From a virus (taxonomy: Duplodnaviria > Caudoviricetes): a stretch of DNA of 24,925 nucleotides. A program made the position numbers and the translations under genes. Below the pieces are notes generated by a model, which worked only from the letters and a program-made list of their open reading frames with translations, was not told the DNA's origin and did no database searches. The stretch is from positions 1-24,925 of IMG/VR virus record IMGVR_UViG_3300027813_000082. One strand, given 5' to 3'. Below are positions 7,591-18,400 of the stretch, piece after piece; position 1 is the first letter of the stretch; each line of letters begins with the position of its first letter.

Positions 7591-9872
7591 TATTCTATAA
7601 CCTCATATGTTTTGACCGCACACATCCATTTGTATGTGTGTCCTGACTGTCCAGTTACTGTAACTTTTAATGATTTATTTGTGTTGTCTGCTGTTGCATC
7701 TATGGTCAAATCTGAGTCATCTTCTGCAATAATAATTTCGTACACATCACCCACGTCAGCAACTGTGCCTGAATTGTTGTCAACAACTCCTTTAAGTTGG
7801 TAACCTGCGGAGTAACCATCTGCATCTGTACGTCTTGCCGTGATATCTAGTGTGTAGTTCATGGTACTGTTGGTAGTAACTGGTATACGTGAATCACTTA
7901 CGCCACCAACAAATATTTCTGTTTCTGTGTTGTTGGTAGTAGTACCAAATAATACATATTGTCTACTTACAAAGTCACTATGTGAAGATTGTGTAATTTT
8001 ATCTACTTTAAATTCTGTTGCTGTGTCATCAACCACAAGGTTGTTTGCTTTAATGAACACATCATTGCTAGTATGATCAGAGGCATAATGTATTAGTTCT
8101 TTTTCCACTGCCGTTCTTGCAACGTACACCACATTGTTTGCTGATGTTCCTGCTATTCTCAGTCTTGCCTTGCCTGATGATACGTCTGCTGTGAATGTTG
8201 CCAGTGTGGTTGTGCCTGTTCTCACAATACTTTCACTTATGGTTGCACCTGTTTTAGCACTGTTGGTTGTTAGCACTATCTCAGAGTTTTGATATTCTGT
8301 ATCTCCTGCGTTGGCAATTGAAATAAAATACCTTGCTGTGTCATATTTGAATACATCAAACTCGTCAATTGTTGCAACCGTTGAGTCTTGATCATGTATT
8401 TTCTTAAATTCTGTATCGTCAAAGTTTCCAAACTTTGTTTTAGTACCTAGATCTAATCTATACAGTATTGCTGTGGCAGTTGTTCCACCTGTGCTGATAG
8501 CAGAAACAGTTACAGTTGCTCCAGAAATGGCCGCTGATAGCGTAAATGGAAAGTCTGCTCTTGATGATACTCCACCATAGAAGTTAAAGAACACATTAGT
8601 ACCGTCATGTACCATGCTAACTTCGTTCATTTGATATTCGTTTTGTGTTGAGTCTTTAAACAACACAACATATTTTGCACTTTGTATATCTGTTTTTGTA
8701 AATTGATCTAATGTTGTTGTAGACGAACCAATTGCTGTTGATGTTGCTATTATTTTTGAGTTTGTGTTTGCAACAGTTTCGTGGTGATCACCTAGTGCAA
8801 CTCTTCTTAATCTTAGATCTGTGTTGGTTGATCCGTTTGTGTTTGCTTTTAATTGTAGTTTGGTTCCTGATATTGCCGTTGTAAAAATACAAATATTTGT
8901 GCTGTCTTCGTTGACATCGTAAGTTGAAATATACGGAGTTGATCCATCATGCAACAGAGTTACTTTTACATGTCCCACCAACGAATTAACATGATCGTCC
9001 ATAGAGATATCATACACTGCACCTCTGTATTCTGTTAAATCAAACTCGTCAATGACTTTTGTTGTTGTACCTAGTTTGTAATAATTTGTCTGCTGAACTG
9101 CTGTGTTATTTCCACCACCTCCTCCGCCTGATTCTGCAAAAGTAATTGTACCATTTCCATCAGTTTGTAATACCTGTCCATTGTTTCCATCCGCTGTTGG
9201 CAGTGATAGTCCAGAGAATGTTAATGATCCTGTAAGTGTTGTGTCGCCTGCTACTGTAAGTGAAGTTCCGTTTAAAAGTTGTAGTGAGTCAGATCTAAAT
9301 CTTGCTGAAATGTTTTGTGATCCTGCTTTGATGTGTGCAAATTCTAGTATACCGTCTTCTGTTCCATCTGAAGCATCTAGTATTTTTCCTGTGATCTTTG
9401 CATAGTTTACTTCTTGGTCAGCGTCGTTTTCACCTTTGAATTTGATCTGTCCAAGGTAGTCTGCATCTGCCGGACTAGAACTATTCCTTTTCAATGATAG
9501 AACAGGGCCTGCTGTGCTTGAGTCTTCAGTTGTTGTAATCAGCACACTGTCTGATGTTGTTGCATTTGTAATTGTGGCTGTTGTGCCTGCAATAGTTGTA
9601 CCTGTGATGGCCGTCGCTGTGTTGGCACCGATGATGACGTTGTCCATATTGGACGTGCCTGTGCCGTCGATGTTGACTGCACCGTTGGTAGTCAAGCCAG
9701 CGGTTGTTGTTGTTCCGTTTACTTGTAATGCTGTTGTGGGTTCTGAAGTACCAATACCTACACGACTGTTTGTAACATCGAGATACAGTAGGTTTGTTTC
9801 AAATGCCAAGTCCGTACCGTTTCTAGTCAAATTTGACTTCAGTACTGACCCAGTTATACGACCTATGGCCAT
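7590..9872 (-). CDS. Virion fibre/structural protein (760 aa)
   Basis: MAIGRITG...DLAFETNLL...RVGIGT N-terminus, LPTADGNNGQVLQTDGNG motif, poly-Gly hinge and three (I/L)D(E/Q)F repeats; SD AAGGAG. Confidence 0.8.
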   Translation of the reverse strand: MAIGRITGSVLKSNLTRNGTDLAFETNLLYLDVTNSRVGIGTSEPTTALQVNGTTTTAGLTTNGAVNIDGTGTSNMDNVIIGANTATAITGTTIAGTTATITNATTSDSVLITTTEDSSTAGPVLSLKRNSSSPADADYLGQIKFKGENDADQEVNYAKITGKILDASDGTEDGILEFAHIKAGSQNISARFRSDSLQLLNGTSLTVAGDTTLTGSLTFSGLSLPTADGNNGQVLQTDGNGTITFAESGGGGGGNNTAVQQTNYYKLGTTTKVIDEFDLTEYRGAVYDISMDDHVNSLVGHVKVTLLHDGSTPYISTYDVNEDSTNICIFTTAISGTKLQLKANTNGSTNTDLRLRRVALGDHHETVANTNSKIIATSTAIGSSTTTLDQFTKTDIQSAKYVVLFKDSTQNEYQMNEVSMVHDGTNVFFNFYGGVSSRADFPFTLSAAISGATVTVSAISTGGTTATAILYRLDLGTKTKFGNFDDTEFKKIHDQDSTVATIDEFDVFKYDTARYFISIANAGDTEYQNSEIVLTTNSAKTGATISESIVRTGTTTLATFTADVSSGKARLRIAGTSANNVVYVARTAVEKELIHYASDHTSNDVFIKANNLVVDDTATEFKVDKITQSSHSDFVSRQYVLFGTTTNNTETEIFVGGVSDSRIPVTTNSTMNYTLDITARRTDADGYSAGYQLKGVVDNNSGTVADVGDVYEIIIAEDDSDLTIDATADNTNKSLKVTVTGQSGHTYKWMCAVKTYEVIE

Positions 9873-9962
9873 ACTAGGTACTCCTTATAATAATGTTAGT
9901 GTAGCATATGCCACACACAGCCTCGATATCATTGCCGGCTGACAGCAGTAACAGTATTTATA
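9873..9962 (-). promoter_or_regulatory. Late promoter TATAAATA (9962-9955) and structured 5' leader
   Basis: Perfect consensus followed by hairpins CAGCC/GGCTG and GTGTGGC/GCTACAC, then the SD. Confidence 0.65.
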
Positions 9963-9969
9963 CCGCCAC

Positions 9970-10000
9970 AAAAAAAGGGCAACTTAAAAAGCCGCCCTTT
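9970..10000 (-). terminator. Intrinsic terminator
   Basis: AAAGGGCGGC-TTTTTAA-GTTGCCCTTT plus T tract, just after the stop at 10028. Confidence 0.85.
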
Positions 10001-10027
10001 AATTCTATTAAAAAGTAATTTTATTTA

Positions 10028-11338
10028 TTAGTGACTAACTCTTACTGCCGCTAATACTGAACCTTGTCCCGCTTCTGTTTTACCAGTTAAAGCTCTACCA
10101 ATAACATTGAATGCTGTGCATTCTGCTTTTGTAGCCGCTTTAGCGTAACCTGGAACTGATGCAGATATAAGTCTATCACCTTTGTTCACTGTGCCGATAA
10201 CTTTAACATCTACTCTACCTGTCATTGCAATGTATGGGTGAGTGTCGTCATTACCTGCTCCGCCGTTCATTTTGAATGCCGCTTGATCCAAGCTAGAAAT
10301 AACACCAAACACTTCGTCTGATCCTTCTTCGTTAACTTGTGTGATCTCTTCTGCGCCACCTAATGCAACAACTGTTCCTGGTGTGTATGCTGAGTCAGAT
10401 GCGAATCTTTCCGCAACGTCAGAATACTGTGCCGCTGTTGCTGTACCTGTTAAGTTACCTACAAACGTTGTAGTTGTTAGTGTACCTGCACTACTGTTGA
10501 AAGTTAAGTTAGTACCTGTTTTAGGACCCAAATCTCCAGTTGCCGCTGTAACAAAAAGTAAGTTACAAGAAGTATCTGAACTTTCATCTGCGGCTGTTAC
10601 TGCTGTTGCTACTGCCGCCGTTCCTGATGTGTTTTGGTTACCTGCTGTGTTAACACCTGGCAAGTTGATTGCCGCTGTACCGTTAAAGTTAACGCCACCA
10701 ATAGCTCTTGTAGTTGCTAAAGCAGTTGCCGTGTCAGCATTACCTGTTACTGCACCTGTTACGTTACCTTCAATGTTTGCTACCAACGTACCTGCTGATA
10801 CTGACATGTTACCTGTGCTTGAACCTGTTGCAGTTGTTGTTCCCATTGTGAACTTGTCTGCTGATTCATCCCAGATGATTGCCGCATTGTTACCAGTTGA
10901 TCCTCTTTCAAATACAAAACCAAGGTCGTTAGCGTTAGAGCCTGCACCTGTGTTTAATTCGATTAGTGGATCAGCATGAGTAGTAGTAGTTGACGCAATA
11001 GTAGTCGTCGTACCATTCACTGTCATGTTTCCTGTAACAACAACGTTTCCTGAGAATGTTGCCGCTGTGTCATTGATTACAAGTTCCGTGTTACCGTCTG
11101 CCGCAACCGTGATTGTTCCGTTTGATCCTGAGTCAGTTACTGTAATACTTGTGTTTAATTGTGAAATTGCGTTTTGTGATAGACCTGCTAGTCCGTCATC
11201 AACGTATTTCTTGTTGGCAAAGTCACCGTCAGCACTTGGTGCCGCTGTTGATCCGCCTGTTATTTTATTTGTTGATGCACTGATTACAATGTCACCAACT
11301 GAGATACCATTATGTACTCTAAAGTTTCTTGTTGTCAT
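10028..11338 (-). CDS. Fibre protein with a C-terminal intramolecular chaperone/autocleavage (Peptidase_G2-like) domain
   Basis: AQYSDVAERF...YTPGTVV..GG...VFGVIS...IAMTGRVDVKVIGTVNKGDRLISASVPGYA...VIGRAL matches the family pattern. Confidence 0.8.
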   Translation of the reverse strand: MTTRNFRVHNGISVGDIVISASTNKITGGSTAAPSADGDFANKKYVDDGLAGLSQNAISQLNTSITVTDSGSNGTITVAADGNTELVINDTAATFSGNVVVTGNMTVNGTTTTIASTTTTHADPLIELNTGAGSNANDLGFVFERGSTGNNAAIIWDESADKFTMGTTTATGSSTGNMSVSAGTLVANIEGNVTGAVTGNADTATALATTRAIGGVNFNGTAAINLPGVNTAGNQNTSGTAAVATAVTAADESSDTSCNLLFVTAATGDLGPKTGTNLTFNSSAGTLTTTTFVGNLTGTATAAQYSDVAERFASDSAYTPGTVVALGGAEEITQVNEEGSDEVFGVISSLDQAAFKMNGGAGNDDTHPYIAMTGRVDVKVIGTVNKGDRLISASVPGYAKAATKAECTAFNVIGRALTGKTEAGQGSVLAAVRVSH

Positions 11339-11393
11339 AGTTCCATTTTTCCCGTATGATTGTTATTATATATGTTAAAGGAATTTTTGCCGT

Positions 11394-11436
11394 AAAAAAA
11401 ACGCCCCAACAGTAGTATTTACCATTAGAGCGTTTT
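11394..11436 (-). terminator. Intrinsic terminator hairpin containing late promoter core TAAATA (11421-11416)
   Basis: 17-bp stem AAAACGCTCTAATGGTA/TACTGTTGGGGCGTTTT (4 G-U pairs), loop AATAC, ending in a T8 run. Confidence 0.7.
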
Positions 11437-11470
11437 AAATTATCTATAAGGTATATTCTATACCGGACTA

Positions 11471-13453
11471 TTAAAGTGCCGCTAATGAATATTGTACTTT
11501 CGCCGCTGTTACACCGCCAGTACTAGTTGCTTTAATTTCAACTGTACCACTGTTGTAGTTTGCTGTAATTGCCGCTAAGTCTCCTGAACCACTGTTAGTA
11601 ATACCGTAAACTGTAATGAATGCAGTTGTACCATCATGTACCACTGTACCTTTCATTGCCGCATATTCTGTGTTTGCTGTATCTGTTAACTGAATGAATA
11701 CTTCAGCACTTCTGTAAGTAGCACCGTTGTATGTCATTATGTTAGTTGCAGTTGACGTAAAGTTAACTGAACTTGTCTCAGATCTAGCAATACCACCTGT
11801 TGCTAATGCAGTGTTATCAGCACCTGTGATTGCAAATATTCTTGCCGCACTGTGTGGAGCAGAAGTAAATGTAATGTTAGTGCCTGATATGCCGTAGTTT
11901 TCAGTTGGCTCTTGGTATACGTTGTCGATGTAAACAAAAACGTTGTTCACGTTTTCTGGAGCTGATCCAAAGAAACCTGTGAACGTTGTAGATGATCCAT
12001 CACCAGTTGCTGAAACTTTAGAGAAAGTCGGTGCATCACCGGCAATCGCAAAGCTAACATATGTTGATCCATCTTGACAACCTTCGTATTGACCTGTTTG
12101 CGTGTTAAATCTAATGATACCTGTACCTGCAGTTGGTCTAGCCGCTGTGTTACCTTGCGGTAATCTAACTGCGTCTGTTGATCCACTGATGTCTAAGTCA
12201 AAAGTTGGTGTTGCCGTCTTGATTCCAACATGGTTTTCTGAACCATCTATGAATAAAGCGTGTGCATGATCATTTGATTCAAATCTAGCATCTACTGACG
12301 CTGAACTCTCGTTAAAGATGAAACCTGCACCGTCAACTTCGAAAGCAGTTGTAATCTTAACTGCACCTGATGAGTCAGCAACTGTCATAGCCGCCGTTCC
12401 GTCATTTGCTTTGACCGTACCCGTGTGTATGTCTGAAGTGATGATGTCTGCAGTGGTTGTTATGTTACCGGTTGTGTTAGCAATCGTCATTGATAATGAA
12501 CCGTCTGCCGCCGAAACTGTTGGAGTCTGTAGGTCCGTAACTGTTGTAACGCCTGCGTGTAAAGCCGCGTAACTGTCGATTGTTACGTTGCCTGCTGTTG
12601 TTCCGTCTTCTCCTGATGTTACTGCAAAAGCAAACTCGTCTGTTGATTCGTCCCATATCATTGAAACGTTTGCTGATGAACCCCTGTTCATGAATAAACC
12701 TTGGTCAAATGTGTTAGCATCTCCACCTGAGTTGTTCTTCGCTAAAGTGATCATCGGATCTTCAATAGTCAATGTTGTTGAATCAATAGTTGTTGTTGAT
12801 CCGTTTACTGTCAAGTCACCTGTGATGGTTGCATTTCCTGAAGCAGTTAACGTTGTGAAAGCACCTGTTGAAGCCGAGTTGGCCCCAATTGCAGTTCCAT
12901 CAATTTCACCTGCCGCGATGTCAATTTTTGGTATAGCAACTGCACCTGATCCATTTGGAGTAAGTGTGATGTTACCGTTTGTAGCAGTTCCAGTTATAGT
13001 AGAAGCCGCATGGTTAACTTTCGTTACACCAATAACAGTTTCTGCCGCTGTCATCTTGAACAGTTCTGCTCCTGCGATGTCCATCCTAATCGTGTCATCG
13101 TCTGTGCCTTCTTCAACCTGTATTTTAGTATCTTCATCAGCATCTTTAACTGTATCACCTGAAGCCAAGTTAGCCCAAACACTGTTTGAGTAACCTTCAA
13201 TTGTTGATAGTGTGCTGTTGTATCTGACTTGACCGTTAGCCGCTGAGCCTGGTCTTTGACCTGTTGTTCCTGACGGTATTGTTATAGCGTCCGTTGCATT
13301 GACGTGTAATGTAGTTGCCGGTGAAGCCGTTCCAATACCTACTCTTGAGTTACTAACGTCTAATGCTAATAAATTTGTTTCAAATGCTAAATCCGTTCCT
13401 GATCTTGCCAGGTTGGCTGAAAGCATCTGCCCTGTTATTCGTCCTATTGCCAT
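11471..13453 (-). CDS. Modular virion fibre/structural protein (660 aa)
   Basis: MAIGRITG N-terminus paralogous to the 760-aa gene, two PxGxTxxRP..R(Y/F)N modules, a TIEDP..RG..WDES module, a GDGSSTTF domain and a C-terminal YRSA...HDGT domain. Confidence 0.8.
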   Translation of the reverse strand: MAIGRITGQMLSANLARSGTDLAFETNLLALDVSNSRVGIGTASPATTLHVNATDAITIPSGTTGQRPGSAANGQVRYNSTLSTIEGYSNSVWANLASGDTVKDADEDTKIQVEEGTDDDTIRMDIAGAELFKMTAAETVIGVTKVNHAASTITGTATNGNITLTPNGSGAVAIPKIDIAAGEIDGTAIGANSASTGAFTTLTASGNATITGDLTVNGSTTTIDSTTLTIEDPMITLAKNNSGGDANTFDQGLFMNRGSSANVSMIWDESTDEFAFAVTSGEDGTTAGNVTIDSYAALHAGVTTVTDLQTPTVSAADGSLSMTIANTTGNITTTADIITSDIHTGTVKANDGTAAMTVADSSGAVKITTAFEVDGAGFIFNESSASVDARFESNDHAHALFIDGSENHVGIKTATPTFDLDISGSTDAVRLPQGNTAARPTAGTGIIRFNTQTGQYEGCQDGSTYVSFAIAGDAPTFSKVSATGDGSSTTFTGFFGSAPENVNNVFVYIDNVYQEPTENYGISGTNITFTSAPHSAARIFAITGADNTALATGGIARSETSSVNFTSTATNIMTYNGATYRSAEVFIQLTDTANTEYAAMKGTVVHDGTTAFITVYGITNSGSGDLAAITANYNSGTVEIKATSTGGVTAAKVQYSLAAL

Positions 13454-13501
13454 TGTGTTTTCCCCTTATCGATAATAATTGTTTATTTGCAAAACTAATG
13501 A

Positions 13502-13538
13502 TATTTATTTGTTTCTTCGTTATTTGTGGAGTTAAATA
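13502..13538. promoter_or_regulatory. Divergent late promoter pair
   Basis: TAAATA on minus (13507-13502) and plus (13533-13538). Confidence 0.65.
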
Positions 13539-13548
13539 GCAAGAACAT

Positions 13549-14094
13549 ATGAAAAGTGCGTATATAACTGTGGTTGGAAACCTGCCCGTAAGGTTCGATT
13601 TAGAGCAGGCCCAAAAGATTGGGTCGGTTGTAGCATCATCCAATTCCAACAAAAGTATAAATTTTGAATATGCCACCGTAAACAGTGAGCTTAATCTTCA
13701 GGACATGTTGAACTCCGCCAACTTTAATGACACAAAATTATTGGTGCCTGAGCCATTATTCAAGAAGTATGTGTTCTTTGATGGTGTTACTTGCTTACCA
13801 GACTTTCCTGGATTGGTCAGTTACGACATCGATCCTACAAAATGCTCACCACAGACATTAAGTTTGATGTTGGCTGTTTATACCAAACCAAAAATTATTT
13901 TTCTATTAGGATATGACATTTCAAATCCAACAGAACTTACAAGATTAAAAAGTGTTGCACTGGCAAACCCAGACACAAAATTTATGTACATATGTAATCC
14001 ACCTAGAACTTTTCAACTGGATGATCTAGCAAACGGATTCTGTGATACATTTATAAAATTTCAGGAGTTAGTAGACAAATGGCAAATGCAATAG
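13549..14094 (+). CDS. Hypothetical protein; possibly a degenerate Maf/DUF115-like (glycosyltransferase-related) Rossmann-like fold
   Basis: ITVVGN...RFDL at the N-terminus and a later S..LSLMLAV...KIIFLLGYD segment resemble the IGNG.S...IYLLGFD pattern. The ORF is solid; the function is uncertain. Confidence 0.5.
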   Translation: MKSAYITVVGNLPVRFDLEQAQKIGSVVASSNSNKSINFEYATVNSELNLQDMLNSANFNDTKLLVPEPLFKKYVFFDGVTCLPDFPGLVSYDIDPTKCSPQTLSLMLAVYTKPKIIFLLGYDISNPTELTRLKSVALANPDTKFMYICNPPRTFQLDDLANGFCDTFIKFQELVDKWQMQ

Positions 14095-14441
14095 TATACA
14101 AGTACAGTCTTAAACTGATGTGGCCTGCCATGTGTCGTAATCGTAGTGTAGAAATACTCAAAGAAAGACCAGACCTAGTGGATCAAATGAATAAGTTCAG
14201 ACAAAAGACAGATAATGTTTTGAGATTAATTTGTAGGGAAAGTCATCAAGTGGATTCTAATCACATGATGTCGGGCATAAGGTTATGGTTTGAATCAGGA
14301 CAAGACTGTTACGAATTTATAATCAAACAACCTGAATTTGCTTGGGAGATAATGCCTGAATTATCTGTGATGAATGAAATCACAAGTCAGTTACAATCAT
14401 TTAATATAGTTTATACACCCACTGGTGTAACAATAGATTAG
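14079..14441 (+). CDS. Hypothetical protein (120 aa)
   Basis: Overlaps the previous gene by 16 nt and exactly fills the gap to the convergent gene; no motif recognised. Confidence 0.7.
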   Translation: MANAIVYKYSLKLMWPAMCRNRSVEILKERPDLVDQMNKFRQKTDNVLRLICRESHQVDSNHMMSGIRLWFESGQDCYEFIIKQPEFAWEIMPELSVMNEITSQLQSFNIVYTPTGVTID

Positions 14442-15448
14442 TCAGCAAAGCCGTGCATGATAACAATTCTTGCACCGACATGAGCGGCATCACCAAAGTC
14501 AATTGTTGTCCCTGAAAGAGAATAGTTTTGATCTGGTTCTTGCATAACACCATCCACGTAGACAACAATAGTATTTTCATCTGTGGGTGTTAAGCTCATT
14601 GTAAAAGTTGTAGTTGATCCATCACCTGTAAAAATATCTTTGGTTATTACTGTTGCTTCTTCGGTTCTTAAATTAGACCAAGTACTTCCGTCTTTGGAGA
14701 CTTCGTATTCTGATGTCTGTGTGTTAAATCTTAATACACCTTCTTGTGCTGTTGGTCGTTGTGCTGTGTTACCTGACGGTAGTACAACAGCCGTGTCTGC
14801 TTTGAACAAATATTTTCCTGTTCCTGCTGTGTCGAATTCCATGTCAGCATTAGATGAACCTGTGGACATTTTATTTCCTGAGAATCCAAAGTCACCTGTG
14901 TCTGCTACGTTGTTCTGTAATCCTAGTGTTCCCGAATATCTTGCACCCGAAACATAAACCGACTTGCCTCCAAAGTTTACACCATTGGGCAAATTTGTTC
15001 CTATAAAATGTAATACACCAGATTGATAATCAAAGAACCATTCGTCATTGTTTCCTGAACCACCTGCAAATACTCTTGTACCTGAAGAGGCATTGCCGGC
15101 ATCACTTGCGGTGTATATATAAACTTTTACTCCATATGTTGCACCAAACTCTGGCGGAATCCAATCAGTTAATCCTGTCTTCCATGATCTGTTTGTTGCC
15201 GCGGTTGCATCATTCGAAGCTTCGTCTGGAGCACTTGTAGGATAAACTGTAACAACACCTGAGCTTGACCCTGGGATGGTTGCAGGAATGCTACTTGCTT
15301 GGTTCCAAGTCTTGTCACCTCTTAATAATAATGGAGATGCAATGGCTTCATTGGGTGCCGCCTTGTTGGCATTGGTATCTGTTTTAGTCGCACCATATCC
15401 AATCTTCTTCCAAAGATAGTCTACTTTTTTTGCGTCAGTTATTGCCAT
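14438..15448 (-). CDS. Virion structural protein (336 aa)
   Basis: KVDYLWKK...DWIPPEFG...WFFDYQSGVLHF globular domain, then LPSGNTAQRPT..LRFNT and FTGDGSTTTF modules; TAATG coupling to the upstream gene. Confidence 0.75.
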   Translation of the reverse strand: MAITDAKKVDYLWKKIGYGATKTDTNANKAAPNEAIASPLLLRGDKTWNQASSIPATIPGSSSGVVTVYPTSAPDEASNDATAATNRSWKTGLTDWIPPEFGATYGVKVYIYTASDAGNASSGTRVFAGGSGNNDEWFFDYQSGVLHFIGTNLPNGVNFGGKSVYVSGARYSGTLGLQNNVADTGDFGFSGNKMSTGSSNADMEFDTAGTGKYLFKADTAVVLPSGNTAQRPTAQEGVLRFNTQTSEYEVSKDGSTWSNLRTEEATVITKDIFTGDGSTTTFTMSLTPTDENTIVVYVDGVMQEPDQNYSLSGTTIDFGDAAHVGARIVIMHGFAD

Positions 15449-18400
15449 TACCCTGCTACTCCTACTGATAATGCTGTTACACTATCACCTGAATTTAATT
15501 TTATTCTAACCAAACAAGTGTTACCTACCGAGTTCGCTAGACTTTCTGTACCCAGTGTGAACGTGAATGTTTTTCCTGAATATGTAGTGTTGTCAACTAC
15601 CCTGTCTCCACCTGTCTTGGCACAACCATCAGAACCATTTCCTCCGCCACCTGACCCTGGTTGTCCTGAACCATTGTACTGTGTTGAACAGTCTAACCAG
15701 CCATTTGACCCCGAAGAACTATCTACTCCTGTTCCTGGCATAGCAATAAACATGCCTGACACTTTGCCTGACATCGTTATTGAGAACTGTGATACAGGAG
15801 TTCTTCTAAATGCAAAGGTATAGTACTGTGCTTGACCACCATCTCTACCCGATGTTAAGTTAGGACCAGCTGGAAGATATCCACTGCTTAAATTAGTTGT
15901 AAAATGTTTGATTGTTCCGAATCTTGATATGGCTTCGGTAGTCCCCGCCACAGTAACAGCACCAGACCAAGCATTGCCTGTGTAGTAGTTAGTGGACGAA
16001 TTGAAAGACGGTGTGTCTGACGAGGATCCGAATCCTGTTATCCTTAGAGCATCGTCAATGTGAGTACTGCCGTTCCCTAATGAATCTGATACTGTGATAC
16101 CTCCTGCTTCATTATCTAATCCTGATACTGATGCAGTGTACACTTGAATTTTTGTTGAACTAGAATTGTAACTTCCGTCTCCGTTTGCGTTCTTGCTCAT
16201 TGCTTTAATTGTTTTTACAGACTTAACACTTGAACCTGTTATTGGAACTGTCACGGCTCCTATAGTGTAAGCACTGCCAACACCAATGTCTGACTTGGGA
16301 ATACTCGAACTTAACATGGTAGTTGACCCGTCCACGTTGGCATATGTAAAGTTAGAATTTGTTATTACATCACCTGATGTTGACTCTTGGTTGGTGTCAT
16401 TGTCAACTTTGTGTGGTGAAGTAGTTTCTTGGTATGCTTGACCTGTAAAGTTTGCAATAGTTGTTCCTGTAACTGTAACTGTTGGTGATCCTGCGTCATA
16501 GTATGGAATACCTGACACATATTGTTTAGTTCCTGCTGTGCCTTCTGCCACTGTGCCTATTGCAGTGGTTGGTACTGCTGTGATATCATCTTTAAGCACA
16601 TGAACAAAGTTTGTGTTACCAGTTGCTGAATGTTCTAGCCTCTGTGCAGTTAAACCCGTTGAATAGTTCGCCAATGTTTTTGTAATTTTTGCAGTGAACA
16701 CTTGGTAAAAGTCTTGCGGATAGGCAGAATCAACTTCATCATAGTCTCTTTGATTTGTTACAACCAACTGTGTATTGTTTTGATTGAACGTTCCGTTCTC
16801 TCCTGCTGACGCTGAAAATGTTACACTGCTACTTTGTCCTGATGTTGCGTTTAACTTCGCTGTTAAGGTGCCTGCGGCTCCGTTATATGCGTTTGATACA
16901 GTGTTTGTGTCAATAGTAGATGTGCTTGAATATCTTCTTGCAACAGTAGTAGTTAATGCAGTTCCTGGGTTCAGTGTGGTTGCTGAACTGGTGTTGTCAG
17001 TAAATCCGTGACACAGTTTAGGTGAAGTACCTTGGGCACTGTCATTCATTGTTAAACTTTTGGTTGATAGGTTTGCTGGTGCACTTGGCACTGCTTTCAT
17101 GGTCCAATTTATTGTTTCTTCATCATCTTGGAAGATGGTGTCTGGTGTACCGTATCCTCTAAATCTTGTTGTAAAGTTTCCTGCACTTGTTCCTGTGAAG
17201 TTTCTTGTCAGTGTCGCTCCAATACTTCCTGCATTGGATCCGTTTTCTGCAACAGTAACCAAAGCACTTGAATCACTGAAGAAATCGTAATCATAGTTGT
17301 CAGCATTTTTAGAGGTGTTTGTAAATGTTGCTGAAGCTCTGTTGGCTCCTGTTAGGTCTGTGTGATCATATAGTGTGTACTGGTTGTTGCCGCCACCTGT
17401 TGACACCTTGTCTGCTGTTGCGGCAATGTTTGCTCTTACATCAGGCTCAACAATTATGTTTATAGCCGCACTACTGTCGGCACCCGAGTGTCCAGTTGCT
17501 AGTGTTAGTGTTGTATTGTAGGTCACAGTTGTTCCAGCATTTTGTTGTGAGCTACTCAAATTAAATGTGTTGTTGATTGTGTTTCCTGTATCACCTGCTG
17601 AACCTGAACCAACTGCAACTGTTACTGTTGATCCTTCATCAAAGTTGTAAGTGTACTGCTGTGTGGCAGAAAAGGCAGAATCGGCACCTGGAAGTGTCGC
17701 TGTGTTGTTTGTGAATGTGACAGGAAATCCTGATGTGCTTTCTTCATTGATTCCTCTAACACTGTTTGCGGCATAGGCCGTAGTGTGTGTAGAGTAAACT
17801 TCAAAATTGTTTGTTCGTGTCTGTGGGAACGTTGATGCTTCCGCAGTAGGGTGTGTAAGCAGTCTTAATTTGATTGCGTACTTGGTATCACCTGCGCCTG
17901 AACCTGCAACTGTTGATCCGTCATCACCTCCTGCATTGGTGTAAGTGTGTGCCAATCTTGCTCCAGCCTGTCCACCTGCCGCCGAGTTACTTGCTATTGT
18001 GTTTTCTGTTCCGTCACCCCAATCAACATCGAATGTGTTTGTGTTTGCAGTGTTTGTAGTAACATTTTTTAGATACACTGTGGCACCTGTGTTGGCTATT
18101 GTAATTGGCGAACCTCCTGATGAGGCCGCATACATTTCAAATTGAACTACTGGTGCTTCTGTGGCAATGGCAAGGTAGTTTGTTCTAGTCAACGATGCTT
18201 CTGACCCTGATGATCCTGTCACTACCGCTGAATGATTGTATGCTCTCACTGTGATTGAAATCTGTCCTGTTGTATTGTATTGGTGAGTCTGAGTGGTAGT
18301 AGATGAACCCGAGTCATTTATAGTTTGTACACTTCCGCCATCTCCCCATGTTATGTCATATCTGGTTGCGTTGCCTGTTGGTGTTATTGTCAACGTAATT

